Origin: Candidatus Cloacimonadales bacterium
Lineage (GTDB): Bacteria > Cloacimonadota > Cloacimonadia > Cloacimonadales > JAIOQZ01
DNA length: 64,000 nt
Assembly (NCBI GenBank): GCA_963674825.1
Contig: OY771587.1
Location: 2,048,001 to 2,112,000 of the forward strand
Direction of reading: 5' to 3'
In this document: positions 17,604-27,863 of the stretch, piece by piece
How positions within the stretch are numbered: position 1 is the stretch's first letter
Layout: each line of letters begins with the position of its first letter
Made by a program: the position numbers and the translations under genes
Notes under the pieces: model-generated
The model's input: only the letters and a program-made list of their open reading frames with translations
Told to the model about the DNA's origin: nothing
Databases searched by the model: none

Positions 17604-20006
17604 ATGACAGAAACGAAGTTCTATTACAATGTCGCGCTTCCAGTCAATTTGGGGCAATATTTTACCTATTCCAGCGACACAGCGTTGGAAAAGGGATGTC
17701 GTGTACTGGTATCTCTCAAGAACAACATCTATACTGGTGTAGTCTGGGAGCAGTGCGACGTGAAGGAACTCAAGCCTGGGATAAAATACCTTTCCATTCA
17801 GCAGATCGTTGACCGCAAGCCGATCGTCTCGGAAAACCTGATGTGGCTTGCTGAATGGATATCGCGATATTACAGGACGCCGCTGGGAATCAGCTTTTTT
17901 TCGATGCTTCCTACAGGTCTGAACGTGCGTTTAGCGCAGAAAGCAATAAGGGTAGAGGGTAGAATAGATCCCGATCTTGATGACAGCGCAAGAGATCTAC
18001 TGGAAGCTATTCCAGATGACCGCGATATCGATATCCGTGATCTACCGCAAACACCTGGGATATACGCTCAACTTGAGCAGCTAGAGGACCAGAATCTCAT
18101 AGAAATTAAGCGTAGCATCGATAAAGAGGTCAGGCAGAAGACAATCAACTATGTTATCACCGAGGATGGCTGCCGCGAAAAAGCGCTTGAAATGGATCTG
18201 GGGCCGAAGCAGCGTGAGGCAATCGAATACATTCTGGAACAAGGCGAATCCTTCCCACTGGCGAGAATCGCTGAGCAATTCAGTTATGCGATTATCAAAG
18301 CACTGCGGTTGAAAGGATTGCTAGGGCTCGAACCTCGGAAGGTAAAAGATGAGTACTCATTCGAGAAGCCTGAAGGTACTCGGAAGCTATTCGACCTTAC
18401 CGATGAGCAGAACAAGGTTTTCGCTACCGTTTCCGAGGCGGTCGATCATGACGATTTTGCTTCGTTCCTGCTGTATGGGATCACTGGTAGCGGTAAAACG
18501 GAGGTTTACATCCGCCTGATCGAACGGGTAATCGCCAAGGGTCGGACAGCACTAATGCTAGTTCCCGAGATATCGCTTACACCGCAGATGGTGCACCGGT
18601 TTTTCCTGGCGTTTGGGGATGATATTGCCGTTCTGCATAGTCATCTCAGCATCCGTGAGAAATTGGCTGAGTGGCGTAAAATACGCTCAGGAAGTGTACG
18701 CATCGTGATCGGCGCGAGAAGTGCTATCTTCGCACCGCTGGAGAATCCTGGTATCATCATCGTAGACGAAGAACACGAAACAAGCTACAAGCAGGAATCC
18801 GCCCCACGGTATCATGCCAGAGACGTTGCTGTCGTTCGAGGGATGCACGAGAAGGCGGTTGTGCTGATGGGTAGTGCAACACCCAGCTTGGAATCCTGGC
18901 AGAATACGCAGACCGGTAACTATGGTCTCCTACGGATGACTACTCGTCCTGCTGGAAGCGAGCTCCCCAATGTGAAGATCGTTGATATGCGAAAGCAACC
19001 TCCGAATGAAGTCCTGTCCCACTATCTGCGCACTATGATTGAGCAGCGATTGAGAGATGGAGAACAGACTATTTTGTTTCTTAATCGGCGAGGCCATGCG
19101 TCGTTCCTGCAATGCACCAGTTGTGGCAAGCTATTCAAGTGCAAAAACTGCGATATTAGTCTAAATTACCACAGTCAACAGAAAGAGTTGATGTGCCATT
19201 ATTGCGGTTACCATGTCGAGATGCCGCGAAAGTGTCCGGAATGCGGAAGCTACCTGTTTTCATACGGTGCGCCAGGAACACAGCAGGCAGAAGAGCAGAT
19301 CAAGACAATCTTCCCGCAAGCGCGTATCCTGCGCATGGACGCCGATACGACCCGATCGAAGGACAGCTATCAATCGATGTTTGATCGCATGCGAAACGGT
19401 CATGTGGATATTCTGTTGGGAACGCAGATGATCTCCAAAGGGCTCGATTTTCCGAACATCACGCTCGTAGGCGTCCTTTCTGCCGAGATAACGCTGAACG
19501 TACCCGATTTCCGGTCTGCAGAGCGTACATTCCAGTTGATTACGCAGGTGGCAGGGCGCGCTGGGCGCAGCACGAAGAGGGGAGAGGTGGTTATCCAGAC
19601 ATTCAATCCCGAGCACTATTCCATTTTAATGGCTTCCCGGCAGGACTACCTTTCGTTTGCGGATGAAGAACTAACCTATCGCGATAGTTTTCAGTATCCT
19701 CCCTATACGCGAATAGCGAGGATTCTTTTCCGTCACAAAGATCAGAAAACGCTCAGCGAAAAGATGAACCTTGTGAAACGGGTTCTGCAACGGGAATCGG
19801 CACGTTTTGCTGAGCTCGATGTGACAGCGTTTGGCCCAGTTCCGGCACCGATTACCCGGATGGAGGATAACTATCGCTATCATGTGGTTCTGAAATCGAA
19901 GTCAGTGCAGAATCTTCAGCGTATTGTCCAGTTCATGATGCAACAAATCGCCGATTTCGGTAATATAAAAGTGACCCTCGATATTGATCCTGGCTCGTTG
20001 ATGTAG
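17604..20006 (+). CDS. priA: Primosomal protein N'
   Basis: GITGSGKTEVY, LVPEISLTPQ, DEEHE, four CxxC zinc motifs, QVAGRAGR. Confidence 0.97.
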   Translation: MTETKFYYNVALPVNLGQYFTYSSDTALEKGCRVLVSLKNNIYTGVVWEQCDVKELKPGIKYLSIQQIVDRKPIVSENLMWLAEWISRYYRTPLGISFFSMLPTGLNVRLAQKAIRVEGRIDPDLDDSARDLLEAIPDDRDIDIRDLPQTPGIYAQLEQLEDQNLIEIKRSIDKEVRQKTINYVITEDGCREKALEMDLGPKQREAIEYILEQGESFPLARIAEQFSYAIIKALRLKGLLGLEPRKVKDEYSFEKPEGTRKLFDLTDEQNKVFATVSEAVDHDDFASFLLYGITGSGKTEVYIRLIERVIAKGRTALMLVPEISLTPQMVHRFFLAFGDDIAVLHSHLSIREKLAEWRKIRSGSVRIVIGARSAIFAPLENPGIIIVDEEHETSYKQESAPRYHARDVAVVRGMHEKAVVLMGSATPSLESWQNTQTGNYGLLRMTTRPAGSELPNVKIVDMRKQPPNEVLSHYLRTMIEQRLRDGEQTILFLNRRGHASFLQCTSCGKLFKCKNCDISLNYHSQQKELMCHYCGYHVEMPRKCPECGSYLFSYGAPGTQQAEEQIKTIFPQARILRMDADTTRSKDSYQSMFDRMRNGHVDILLGTQMISKGLDFPNITLVGVLSAEITLNVPDFRSAERTFQLITQVAGRAGRSTKRGEVVIQTFNPEHYSILMASRQDYLSFADEELTYRDSFQYPPYTRIARILFRHKDQKTLSEKMNLVKRVLQRESARFAELDVTAFGPVPAPITRMEDNYRYHVVLKSKSVQNLQRIVQFMMQQIADFGNIKVTLDIDPGSLM

Positions 20007-20031
20007 CGGTCAGATTTGATTATTCTTTTCT

Positions 20032-20056
20032 GTAGGGACAGGCATTGTGTCTGTCC
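20032..20056 (+). repeat. GTAG-tagged REP-like palindrome
   Basis: GTAG + GGACAGGCA-TTG-TGTCTGTCC. Confidence 0.5.
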
Positions 20057-20073
20057 GATATTTTTTATATGGA

Positions 20074-20108
20074 AAAAGCCCAATCCAGAGGGGTCGGATC
20101 GGGCTTTT
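20074..20108. terminator. Probable bidirectional terminator between priA and the RND gene
   Basis: AAAAGCCC...GGGCTTTT hairpin between convergent genes. Confidence 0.7.
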
Positions 20109-20134
20109 GTTCACTATTCCAGAGGTCAGGAAAT

Positions 20135-23100
20135 TCAGTTTTTCTGTTTGCGTGTCGTCAAATAGTAAAATGACGGGATCACGAACAGGGTCAGAAGTGT
20201 GGATACGACCAGACCACCGATACTGACTACGCCAAGCGCCTGGCGGAACTCGCGTCCGGCCGAGCCGATACCCATCGCCATCGGAAGCATACCGAGTATA
20301 ATCGCCAGTGACGACATCAAGATCGGTTTGAGCTTGGTGGGACAGGCTTCGATCAGTGCATCATGCGGGTTTTTACCCTCACGACGTAACTGGTTGGTGT
20401 AGTCCAGCAGAAGAATCGCGTTGTTCACCACAATACCTACCAGCATGATGATTGCCATCATGGAGAAGAGGTTCATGGTCACGCCGGACACATAGAGCGC
20501 GCCAAACACACCGATAAGCGCCAGCGGCAGCGTACTGAGGATGAGAAGCGGCTGCACGAAGCTTTCCAGGATCGCTGCGAGGAGCATGTAAGTAAGCAGG
20601 ATCGCCAGGATAATCGTACGAAGCATATCGACGATCATATCGTTCATCATATCCACATCACCGCCCCACTGATAGCTGTAGCCAGGTGGTAAATCGATTT
20701 CAGCCATGCGCTTATTGATCTCATTTGTAACATCGCCAAGAGGGACGCCTGTGGCATTGCTAGCGGTAATTTTTGCGGTTTTGGCTTTATCGCGATGGAT
20801 TACCTTGTTTACGCCTTTGGTGAAATCAACGGATCCTAGCTGGGAAAGACGGTAGGTCCCAGCAGATGTCACGATGGGTATATTGCGAATTTTCTCGGGT
20901 GAATCAACCGATTCATCAGTCAGCGAAACCCTGAGATCGTAATTTTCGTTATTCTCTTTGTATTCGGTAGCGACCAGACCCTCAACTGATGCGCGCAAAG
21001 CTATAGCGACATCATAGATCGTCGCACCTGCGTCCATCAGCTTCCGACGATCAGGAATAAACGTGATTTCCGGTTTTCCTGAGCGGAGGCTGCTATCGAG
21101 GTTGTTCAAGCCAGGTATATCTTTGAGTTTTGCGAGAACTTCATCATTCAAATGCGTCAGTTCGTCAATGTCCTGACCCTTGAGATAGAACTCAATGGGT
21201 GAACCGGAATCGACCGCAGAGGAAGTAACCTGTGTTTTAATGCGAACGTTGGGAATATCCGAAAGTTGCTGAGTAATCCGGTCATTCACTTCGGTGGTAA
21301 TAAGTTCGCGATCATCAGCATCGACGAGCTTGATGCTTGCATAGGCAAGGTTGGTACCTATATCGGTGTCAGATATCTTTCCAAGCGTGGTCAGCATGTG
21401 CTTGACCTCGGGATTTGAAACTACCGTTTTCTCGATCTGTTCCAGAATATCGGCTGTCTGGCTCAAATTGTAACCCTGAGGAAGTTCGGCCTGAAGCGTG
21501 ATGTTTCCTTCATCCATCATGGGCATGAATTCGAAACCGATCTTACCTGCGAGCTTGAAGCTGCCGATCAGAAGCAGCAAGACTGCGAACATCAAGAGGG
21601 CTGAGTAACGCTTCTTGCTGAAAAGGCCAGTGAGCATTCGTCCGTATAGTTGATCAATGCGATCAAATATACCTTCGATCCAGGCTCCGATCTTGCCTTT
21701 CTTCATCGTGACAGGGAGGAATCTCGAGGAGAGCATCGGTGTCATGGTGAAGGAGATCAACAACGAGAAGATCGTTGCAAAGGTTACGGTCAAAGCGAAT
21801 TCCTTGAACATCTGACCCACGAGCGACTGCATCGAAGCGATAGGAAGGAACACCACGATGTTGGTCATGGTCGATGCTATAACGGCAACAGCTACCTCAG
21901 ACGTACCGATCGCGGCTGATTCCATTCTCTTTTCACCAAGGCGTTTGTGGCGGAAGATGTTTTCCAGAACGACCACCGCGTTGGTTACTAGCACACCCAC
22001 TGAGATAGATAGCCCCATAAGCGTCATGATGTTCATGGTAAACCCAAAAGCCTGCATGAGCATGAAGGTCGAAATAATTGAGGTAGGCATCGCGAGCGCT
22101 ACAATGAGAGTCGAGCGCCAGTCGTGAAGGAAGATAAACAGCACGATACCTGTGAAAATGATACCAAGGATGATATTGCTGATCGTATCTTCTACTGAGC
22201 TGCGGATGAAGATCGAGTTATCATCCACCATATACAGCTCCAGTCCTTCAGGAAGACTCTTGCTGATCTCGGGTAGAGATTCTCTAACCTGGTCTGCAAC
22301 TTCCACAGCATTACCGTCTGAGCTTTTTTGAACGCTGAGACGCACGACGTTTTCATCACGGAATTTTTCGATGTTATTGAAGTAAACCGAGCGCTCCCTG
22401 ATTTCTGCGCCAGTATCACTGACATTTGCTATCTGCTTCAGCTGTTTGATACCGGATGCGGTGGGAATTTCTGTATTCTTGAGCTTCTCAACAGAGTCGT
22501 ATTGACCTTGGAGACGTACGGTATATTCCTGATCTTTTTGAAGGAAGTGTCCGCCGGGTAGGTCAAGGTTCTGCGAAGCGATAATCCCGGAAAGCTGTGC
22601 CAGAGAAATGGAATTCTCGAAAACGACACGGTCATCAAGTTCTACGCGTACTTCACGTTCCTGGCCACCGCTGATATTTACGCTTGCAACGCCCTCAAGC
22701 TGCGAGAATCGATCTTTCAGTTGCTTGTCGGCAACTTCATACAGCTCGATAGGCGTCATATTGCCACTAAGCACCAATTCAGCAACAGGAATCGCGCCGA
22801 GATCGAACTTGCTGATAACGGGTTTCTCCGCATCTTCCGGTAAGTCGTTTAGAATCGCATCGATTTTATCTTTTACTTCCTGGTTTGCGATATCGACATC
22901 TTTACCCGTCTCAAAACGAATCACGACATATCCTACACTTTCCATGGAATACGATTCGATGTAGTCGATTTTAGAGACGGTAGAAACAGCGTCCTCGATC
23001 GGTTTTACAATCTGGGATTCAACCTCGAGAGGACTTGCGCCAGCGTATATGATCTGGGCGGTTACAACGGGTATATCCACATCCGGCATCATGTTCAACG

Positions 23101-23197
23101 GCAGCCCAATATACGCAAGGCCACCGAAGACCAGGAACACCATGATCAACATGGTGATCAGTACCGGACGTTTAATTGACAGGTCAGATAAAAACAT
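20135..23197 (-). CDS. RND efflux permease (AcrB/HAE1 family)
   Basis: SIKRPV N-terminus, GVLVTNAVVVLENI, GIVVNNAILL, CPTKLKPILMSSLA. Confidence 0.95.
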   Translation of the reverse strand: MFLSDLSIKRPVLITMLIMVFLVFGGLAYIGLPLNMMPDVDIPVVTAQIIYAGASPLEVESQIVKPIEDAVSTVSKIDYIESYSMESVGYVVIRFETGKDVDIANQEVKDKIDAILNDLPEDAEKPVISKFDLGAIPVAELVLSGNMTPIELYEVADKQLKDRFSQLEGVASVNISGGQEREVRVELDDRVVFENSISLAQLSGIIASQNLDLPGGHFLQKDQEYTVRLQGQYDSVEKLKNTEIPTASGIKQLKQIANVSDTGAEIRERSVYFNNIEKFRDENVVRLSVQKSSDGNAVEVADQVRESLPEISKSLPEGLELYMVDDNSIFIRSSVEDTISNIILGIIFTGIVLFIFLHDWRSTLIVALAMPTSIISTFMLMQAFGFTMNIMTLMGLSISVGVLVTNAVVVLENIFRHKRLGEKRMESAAIGTSEVAVAVIASTMTNIVVFLPIASMQSLVGQMFKEFALTVTFATIFSLLISFTMTPMLSSRFLPVTMKKGKIGAWIEGIFDRIDQLYGRMLTGLFSKKRYSALLMFAVLLLLIGSFKLAGKIGFEFMPMMDEGNITLQAELPQGYNLSQTADILEQIEKTVVSNPEVKHMLTTLGKISDTDIGTNLAYASIKLVDADDRELITTEVNDRITQQLSDIPNVRIKTQVTSSAVDSGSPIEFYLKGQDIDELTHLNDEVLAKLKDIPGLNNLDSSLRSGKPEITFIPDRRKLMDAGATIYDVAIALRASVEGLVATEYKENNENYDLRVSLTDESVDSPEKIRNIPIVTSAGTYRLSQLGSVDFTKGVNKVIHRDKAKTAKITASNATGVPLGDVTNEINKRMAEIDLPPGYSYQWGGDVDMMNDMIVDMLRTIILAILLTYMLLAAILESFVQPLLILSTLPLALIGVFGALYVSGVTMNLFSMMAIIMLVGIVVNNAILLLDYTNQLRREGKNPHDALIEACPTKLKPILMSSLAIILGMLPMAMGIGSAGREFRQALGVVSIGGLVVSTLLTLFVIPSFYYLTTRKQKN

Positions 23198-23206
23198 AAT
23201 GACCCC

Positions 23207-24238
23207 TTATTTGAGTGTGTTGACTTTCTGCCCGTCTTCGAGAAGGTGCAGACCCTGGGTTATTAGATTATCACCAACGTTGATACCTGAGGTGATTTCC
23301 ACATCGAGGTTGTTGTTCTTACCGACGGTTACGGGCGTCTTGTGTGCTTTACCGCCGTTCTCAAGGTAAACATAGGTACCATTAACGTCGCTCAATACGT
23401 TTTTGCGCTCAACTACGATCGCATACGGGTTGGAGTATGTCTCGAGCGAGATCTCGGCTGTAACGCCGGTATATTTTGCTTTGGTCGGATTATCAAATTC
23501 CATATCGACTGCAAACGCCTGCGTACTGTTGTCCATACCGAGCGCAACGCGAGTGATATGACCACTCAATTTCAGGTCTTCCCAGGTGGCATGAGCATTC
23601 ATGCCAGGCTTGAGCTGACGCATCTCGCTATCGGTGACCCAAACGCGAGCTTTCATTTTGCTGACATCCGAGATGGTGAAGAGGAGGTCGCCGGGGCTGA
23701 CATTATCGGAGACGCGGACATCGATCGCGGTCACGATACCGCTGATGGGCGCTTGCGCCATGAGCATCTTGCCCAGTGATTCCATCTTTGAGCCATAGAC
23801 CTTGTATTGGGTCTCGGCGTTGTCCAGATCCTGACGAGAAATTCCACCGACTTCATAGAGTTTCTTCATACGTTCATAGGTGGTACGAGCGTTCTCGAAG
23901 GTAGCCTGAAGTTCTTCATACTGTGCTACCGGCGTATCCTTCGGGAAGGTTACCAGCACCTGATCTTTCTGTACATAATCGCCGATACGGGCTTTTATTG
24001 ATTCTACCTTCGCGCTGAAACTGGCGTATTCGGATGTCTCCTGGATTCCGCTCAGCGTAGCGTTGTAGGTGAATTCTTTCGAGAAGTTTCGGTTCTCAAT
24101 CTTCAGGACTTTAACTGGCAATCCATTCTCATTATACAGCTGTTCCATATTCTTGGCTTGCTCGGTATCTCCTTTTGAAGAGCAACCGGCAAGCAGCAGC
24201 GTTCCCACGATGATCGCGATAAAAATGTTTCTGTACAT
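23207..24238 (-). CDS. RND efflux periplasmic adaptor (MFP), lipoprotein
   Basis: LAGC lipobox, GDYVQKDQVL, APISGIV motifs. Confidence 0.93.
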   Translation of the reverse strand: MYRNIFIAIIVGTLLLAGCSSKGDTEQAKNMEQLYNENGLPVKVLKIENRNFSKEFTYNATLSGIQETSEYASFSAKVESIKARIGDYVQKDQVLVTFPKDTPVAQYEELQATFENARTTYERMKKLYEVGGISRQDLDNAETQYKVYGSKMESLGKMLMAQAPISGIVTAIDVRVSDNVSPGDLLFTISDVSKMKARVWVTDSEMRQLKPGMNAHATWEDLKLSGHITRVALGMDNSTQAFAVDMEFDNPTKAKYTGVTAEISLETYSNPYAIVVERKNVLSDVNGTYVYLENGGKAHKTPVTVGKNNNLDVEITSGINVGDNLITQGLHLLEDGQKVNTLK

Positions 24239-24261
24239 AGTAATATCTCCTGCGTGCTCTT

Positions 24262-25671
24262 TTAAAGTTCTCTTCCCAGCGCCTTCTTGAAGGCCTCGTG
24301 GGACATAATGACATCGTAAACAGCGTTCAGATATGACAAGCGGATCGAACGAAGCTGCAACTGTGCGTCGAAGACTTCGAGCTGCGTTCCGACCTGGTTC
24401 TGGTAACGGGCTTCTGCGATGCGTTCACCCTTTTCAGCCAGTTCAACGTTTTTGCGCTGGCTTTGCAATTTCTCGACTGATTTGTTCAGGTCGTAATAGG
24501 TGTTGCGCACCTGAAGCTCGATATTTGATTTTAGCTGCTCGTGACCGATCACAGACTCCTGGTAGTTATGGCGTGCCTTTTTGATCTTGGCTGTATTGGA
24601 TAGTCCCGTGAAAAGCGGCATACTGAATCCGATACCGACAGTCCAGGAATTGCCGTAATCATCCGATTCTATCTTATAATCATCGCCGGAACCGTAGTAC
24701 TTGTATTCAGCGCTGAGGCCGATATTCGGAAGGAAGTTACCTTTCTGTGTTGTGTATATCGTCTTCTGAATCTCGACGCCGATGTTCGAAAGGTTCATTT
24801 CGATACGGTTTGCCAGGCCTTCGTCTATGGCTTGCTGGAGTTCGAGCGTATCTATTTGCGGAACCGCGATCTCATCGTCCAGCGTGATATCATCTTTTAA
24901 ATCAAGCTCATTCTTGAGTGCTTCGAGGGCAAGCTTGTATTGGTTCTCTGCTTCCACCACGTCCGGCTCCAGGCGTGATACTTCAAGATCGGCGCGGAGC
25001 TTGTCGTATTCGGATACGAGTCCGTTCTCGAACATCGAATTGACTTGCTGCTGGTGCATGCGCGCGAGTTCAAGGGCCTGATTCTGGATATCCAGAAGGT
25101 CACGTGCGAGTACTGCGCCGTAGTAGAGCTTGATGATGTTATAGACTACATCCTGTTTGACGAGAGTGTATTGCTTTTCCTGGAGTGTCATCGCTTTATT
25201 TGCGACCTTAAGGCCATTGATGAGCTTGCCGCCCATGAAAACAACTTGTTCCATCTTAACACCCGCGAAGACGGTTGCCGTTCTTTCTGTTTTGTCCGGA
25301 ATCATTCCGCCAACAACGTTATCGAGGTATCCAGCGATCGTTTCGTCGTTATCAAGCAATGTTTCGTCGCTGTTAGGTTCGATATGACCTATGCTGAGCG
25401 AATCGCTGAGCAGGCTGCTGGCTGTTGGTCCATGTTCGGTGGCAGAATCCGGGTATCTCATTTCTTCAAGCTGATAGCCGCCAGACAGCGTAATCTGCGG
25501 GAAGAATGATCCAAGTACGTTATTGTATTCCTCATCTACAGCCTTTTTGGCTTCCCACTGCTGCTTCAGAGTCCGATTGTTCTTCAATGCGATGTCCAGC
25601 GCTTCGTCCAGTGTCAATGCCTGTGCAAGTATCGGCACAAGGATGATCAACGCAACCATAAGTCGCTTCAT
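24262..25671 (-). CDS. TolC family outer-membrane efflux protein
   Basis: LTLDEALDIALKNN, two OEP repeats, position in the RND operon. Confidence 0.92.
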   Translation of the reverse strand: MKRLMVALIILVPILAQALTLDEALDIALKNNRTLKQQWEAKKAVDEEYNNVLGSFFPQITLSGGYQLEEMRYPDSATEHGPTASSLLSDSLSIGHIEPNSDETLLDNDETIAGYLDNVVGGMIPDKTERTATVFAGVKMEQVVFMGGKLINGLKVANKAMTLQEKQYTLVKQDVVYNIIKLYYGAVLARDLLDIQNQALELARMHQQQVNSMFENGLVSEYDKLRADLEVSRLEPDVVEAENQYKLALEALKNELDLKDDITLDDEIAVPQIDTLELQQAIDEGLANRIEMNLSNIGVEIQKTIYTTQKGNFLPNIGLSAEYKYYGSGDDYKIESDDYGNSWTVGIGFSMPLFTGLSNTAKIKKARHNYQESVIGHEQLKSNIELQVRNTYYDLNKSVEKLQSQRKNVELAEKGERIAEARYQNQVGTQLEVFDAQLQLRSIRLSYLNAVYDVIMSHEAFKKALGREL

Positions 25672-26276
25672 TTACACCCCCTCACAAGTATTCCATTTAG
25701 AATCAGATCTGCTATTGTTCGCATGTCTTCCTGAAAAGATACATACATTGCTTTTGTTATCGTAAAATGAAGATTTTCGTCTCCGAGTAAAAACCACCGC
25801 AATATCAGATCGCTTACGCGTTCGATATCAACATCATTGCGGATATCGCCCTCTTCAACGCCCTTTTTGAAGATGTCTGTAATCTTCATGCGCGTTTTCT
25901 CGATGTTACTCTCTTTAAACTCTCTTACCTTGGTCATGAAGAAATTCGGCTCCTCGGCTAGGAGGGTCATATAGAGCTTACCTTTCTCGTTTATATACGT
26001 AAACGGTTTTACGAGTAAGGCATAGATACGTTCTTTCGTGTTTTTTCCGGCTTCAATAGTCTCCGTGATTTTCTGATGAATGTAGTCGGATTGGCTTCGA
26101 ACGATCTCCAAGAGGATATCTTCTTTGGAGTTGAAGTAGTAGTAGAAGGTTCCTTTTCCCAGGCTGGCTTCTTTTGTTATATCGGAGATCGAAGTCTTCT
26201 GGTAACCGTAGTACTCGAAGAGCTTTTCCGCAGCCTGGATCAGGGCGTCCTTTTTGTCCAGTGTCGCGTCGGTCAT
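25668..26276 (-). CDS. TetR/AcrR family transcriptional regulator
   Basis: GYQKTSISDITKEASLGKGTFYYYFNSKEDI HTH; start at the ATG that has an AAAGGAG RBS. Confidence 0.93.
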   Translation of the reverse strand: MTDATLDKKDALIQAAEKLFEYYGYQKTSISDITKEASLGKGTFYYYFNSKEDILLEIVRSQSDYIHQKITETIEAGKNTKERIYALLVKPFTYINEKGKLYMTLLAEEPNFFMTKVREFKESNIEKTRMKITDIFKKGVEEGDIRNDVDIERVSDLILRWFLLGDENLHFTITKAMYVSFQEDMRTIADLILNGILVRGCK

Positions 26277-26336
26277 CGTAACTCCTTTGTATTTCGTTGT
26301 CGTTTCATTATTCATATATTATACGATAATTCTTTC

Positions 26337-26359
26337 CGACCAAAATAATTTTCTGGTCG
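26337..26359. promoter_or_regulatory. Candidate TetR operator overlapping the efflux operon promoter
   Basis: CGACCA-N11-TGGTCG inverted repeat next to a minus-strand TTGACG (26368-26363). Confidence 0.55.
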
Positions 26360-26517
26360 AAACGTCAAGGATTTTCTTGGGTTTTCGTTCGGTGCGGTTA
26401 TAATGGCATGAGAAATAAAAAGATAGGCTTTCGAGTATATTGAGGGAATTTCTCGGAAAAAACTGACCCGAGTCCGAAATGGTTGCGTATTGTTCTCCGA
26501 GGTCGAGAATAAAATGA

Positions 26518-26545
26518 TTGACGTTTAAGAAACATACCATAGAAT
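26518..26545 (+). promoter_or_regulatory. Sigma70-type promoter
   Basis: TTGACG-16bp-TAGAAT ending about 20 bp upstream of ATG 26565. Confidence 0.6.
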
Positions 26546-26564
26546 CTGCCAAGAGGATATCGAT

Positions 26565-27599
26565 ATGAGACGTGGAACCGCGCTACTCGTATTACTTTTA
26601 ATTATGGTCAGCCTGTCTGGCCAATCAATCCGCTTTGACAAGCTTGAGCACAATTTCGGCAGGATTCAGGAGCGAGATGGCGTGAAAGAGGCTATCTTCC
26701 ACTTCGTGAACGAGACGGAGGAGTCTGTGACCATACGAGATGTCATGGCATCTTGCGGTTGCACAACCTCCGGCTGGTCAGCTGGAACAATTGAGCCCGG
26801 TAGCGAAGGCGAGGTGCGTTTATCTTACGATCCCGAAGACCGTCCCGGCGATTTCAGTAAAAAAGCGACGGTGATCTTCGATCATGATATTCCGGAAATC
26901 GAGCTGTTTATAACAGGGTATGTTGTGCTCGATCCGGAGAAGTACAGGAAATCGATTGGGCATCTTCTTTTAAAGGAGCACACGATCGATATCACGATTC
27001 CTGAAAACGCAACCCGAATTTCCACTGCAATACCCTATAAGAACTGCTGTGGCGATACTCTTACGCTTTCGCTCGCGGATTCGATAAGTTGGGGTGAAGT
27101 GCGCTTTGTCCCGGAAGTTCTTCATGGCGGGGAAAAGGGCTGGATGATCGTTGAACTTGGGACTGACCGGATCGGAACGGTTTCGAGGGATATGATCTGG
27201 GTGCGTGTTGCCAGCAGAACACGCTCGCTCGATGGTGGCATTACGCTACATATTACCAAGACAAACACCCCTCCGCCTGTTATCATCGATGTCACACCGG
27301 AGAGGGCATTTGAACTGATCCAATCAACACCAGGCTTGCTGATTCTGGATGTGAGAACGCCGGAAGAATTCGCTGCCGGACATGTCGAGGGTGCTTTAAA
27401 TGTGGATTTCTTTAATAAATACTTCGAGCAGAATCTTTCCAGAATCGAACCAACTCCAATATGTCTGGTGTATTGTAAAAGCGGTATGCGGAGCGGAAAG
27501 TCACTCGAGGTGATCAAACGTCTCGGGTATTCAAGGATATACCATCTTGCATCGGGCTTCTCTGGCTGGACTGAATCAGGTTTTCCAGTATTTCGCTAA
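26565..27599 (+). CDS. Secreted DUF1573 Ig-like + rhodanese fusion protein
   Basis: Signal peptide, HNFG..ASCGCT DUF1573 motif; C-terminal LDVRTPEEF..GHVEGA..VYCKSGMRS rhodanese. Confidence 0.8.
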   Translation: MRRGTALLVLLLIMVSLSGQSIRFDKLEHNFGRIQERDGVKEAIFHFVNETEESVTIRDVMASCGCTTSGWSAGTIEPGSEGEVRLSYDPEDRPGDFSKKATVIFDHDIPEIELFITGYVVLDPEKYRKSIGHLLLKEHTIDITIPENATRISTAIPYKNCCGDTLTLSLADSISWGEVRFVPEVLHGGEKGWMIVELGTDRIGTVSRDMIWVRVASRTRSLDGGITLHITKTNTPPPVIIDVTPERAFELIQSTPGLLILDVRTPEEFAAGHVEGALNVDFFNKYFEQNLSRIEPTPICLVYCKSGMRSGKSLEVIKRLGYSRIYHLASGFSGWTESGFPVFR

Positions 27600-27863
27600 G
27601 AATTTGCATTTGCAATGATTTTGAATGAACAATTAGAGAAATAAAAAATTTGACAAGGTTTTTACAAAATGCTAAAAATAGCGATGTGGCAGGCTTGTGC
27701 TTGTACTCTGAAACTGGGAAATGTGTTAACTGTCTGAAATTAATGAAAATGTGAAGAGGTTATCGAACGCAATGATACTGCATTTTCGGCTGAATTCAAT
27801 ACAACATCAAAGATTCAATTTGTTTTATGAGCTAAATATACATACGAAAAGGAGTAAAACGTT

